A stretch of DNA of 64,000 bases, from the NCBI GenBank assembly GCA_963696385.1, contig CAVOKF010000005.1, positions 640,001 to 704,000 of the forward strand, read 5' to 3'. Shown one piece after another: positions 63,447-64,000 of this stretch (positions are counted from its first letter, which is position 1; each line of letters opens with the position of its first letter). A program made the position numbers and the translations under genes. The notes beneath the pieces were generated by a model. The model saw only the letters and a program-made list of their open reading frames with translations, made no database searches and was not told the DNA's origin. Origin of the DNA: an uncultured delta proteobacterium (GTDB lineage: Bacteria > Myxococcota_A > Polyangia > Polyangiales > Polyangiaceae).

Positions 63447-64000
63447 CTACGGGTCGAGCTCCTCCGTCTTGCCGGGGAGCGCCTCGCTCGGTGGCGCGTA
63501 CCTCTCCCATCCCTCTGCGCCCTCGACCAGCCACGCCCAGTCTCGTCGCATCGACTGCACTGCGCGCGCCGAGAGGGCATGCACCTGCGTCGGCGCGATG
63601 TTGAGCCGCGCGTACGCTTTCTCCCGCGCCACATTTCGAGCGGCAGCGCGCATCGAGGGCTCGCAGCCGCTCGTCGTGCAGAGGAAAAGCGCACGCTCGC
63701 CGCCGCCCGCGACCCAGTCGCGCGCGAACCCGAGGGCGGCTCGTGGATCGTGGGCCGAGTCGCCGATCACGATCCGGCGGTAGGTCTGCGGATCGCGACG
63801 CGCGATGAGCGCGACCTGGCTGCCACCCATCGAGAAGCCCGCGAGCACCAAGGATCGCGCGTCCTCGACCCACGTGCCGAAGGTCTTCTTCGTCGCGGCG
63901 AGGGCGCGAGCGATGCGCTGATTCGTGTCGGAAGCGTTCATCCATCCGAGTCGCGATTCGTTCCCGCCCCAGCCGCGCGGGCAGATCACGAAGGGGTATG
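63447..64000 (-). CDS. alpha/beta hydrolase-like protein (partial, runs off window end)
   Basis: ICPRG, LAGFSMGG nucleophile elbow, downstream His. Confidence 0.65.
   Translation of the reverse strand, partial: YPFVICPRGWGGNESRLGWMNASDTNQRIARALAATKKTFGTWVEDARSLVLAGFSMGGSQVALIARRDPQTYRRIVIGDSAHDPRAALGFARDWVAGGGERALFLCTTSGCEPSMRAAARNVAREKAYARLNIAPTQVHALSARAVQSMRRDWAWLVEGAEGWERYAPPSEALPGKTEELDP

Overview
High-GC 64-kb window that reads as chromosomal DNA of a myxobacterium, probably Polyangiales. This is inferred from eukaryote-type Ser/Thr kinases, Cys-rich lipoproteins, PEGA proteins and an ECF sigma/anti-sigma triad. It holds about 50 CDS: a kinase-STAND ATPase fusion, GH54 arabinofuranosidase, SWIM-SNF2 helicase, P-type H+-ATPase, RNB nuclease, def, an osmoprotectant ABC transporter, B12 radical SAM, pdxH, fatty acid desaturase, an atypical Hsp70, two ABC-F proteins, GST, polX, a BMP-type ABC operon, rph, ackA-pta and a phosphoesterase. 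I saw no rRNA, tRNA, CRISPR array, transposase or integrase. The most notable points are: (1) a candidate effector/immunity pair, an aegerolysin/Cry34-like domain fused to a GH73-like muramidase followed by a lipoprotein, beside a LysM/peptidoglycan-binding gene; (2) rph preceded by an RAE-like palindrome outside Actinobacteria; (3) several gene scars (lepB, modA, FGE-sulfatase and TPR/PEGA-type fragments, a lost polX 3' end) and short tandem duplications; (4) a homopolymer frameshift in an ABC permease; (5) tandem DUF3237-like paralogs. All family assignments come from motif recognition by eye, with no database searches.
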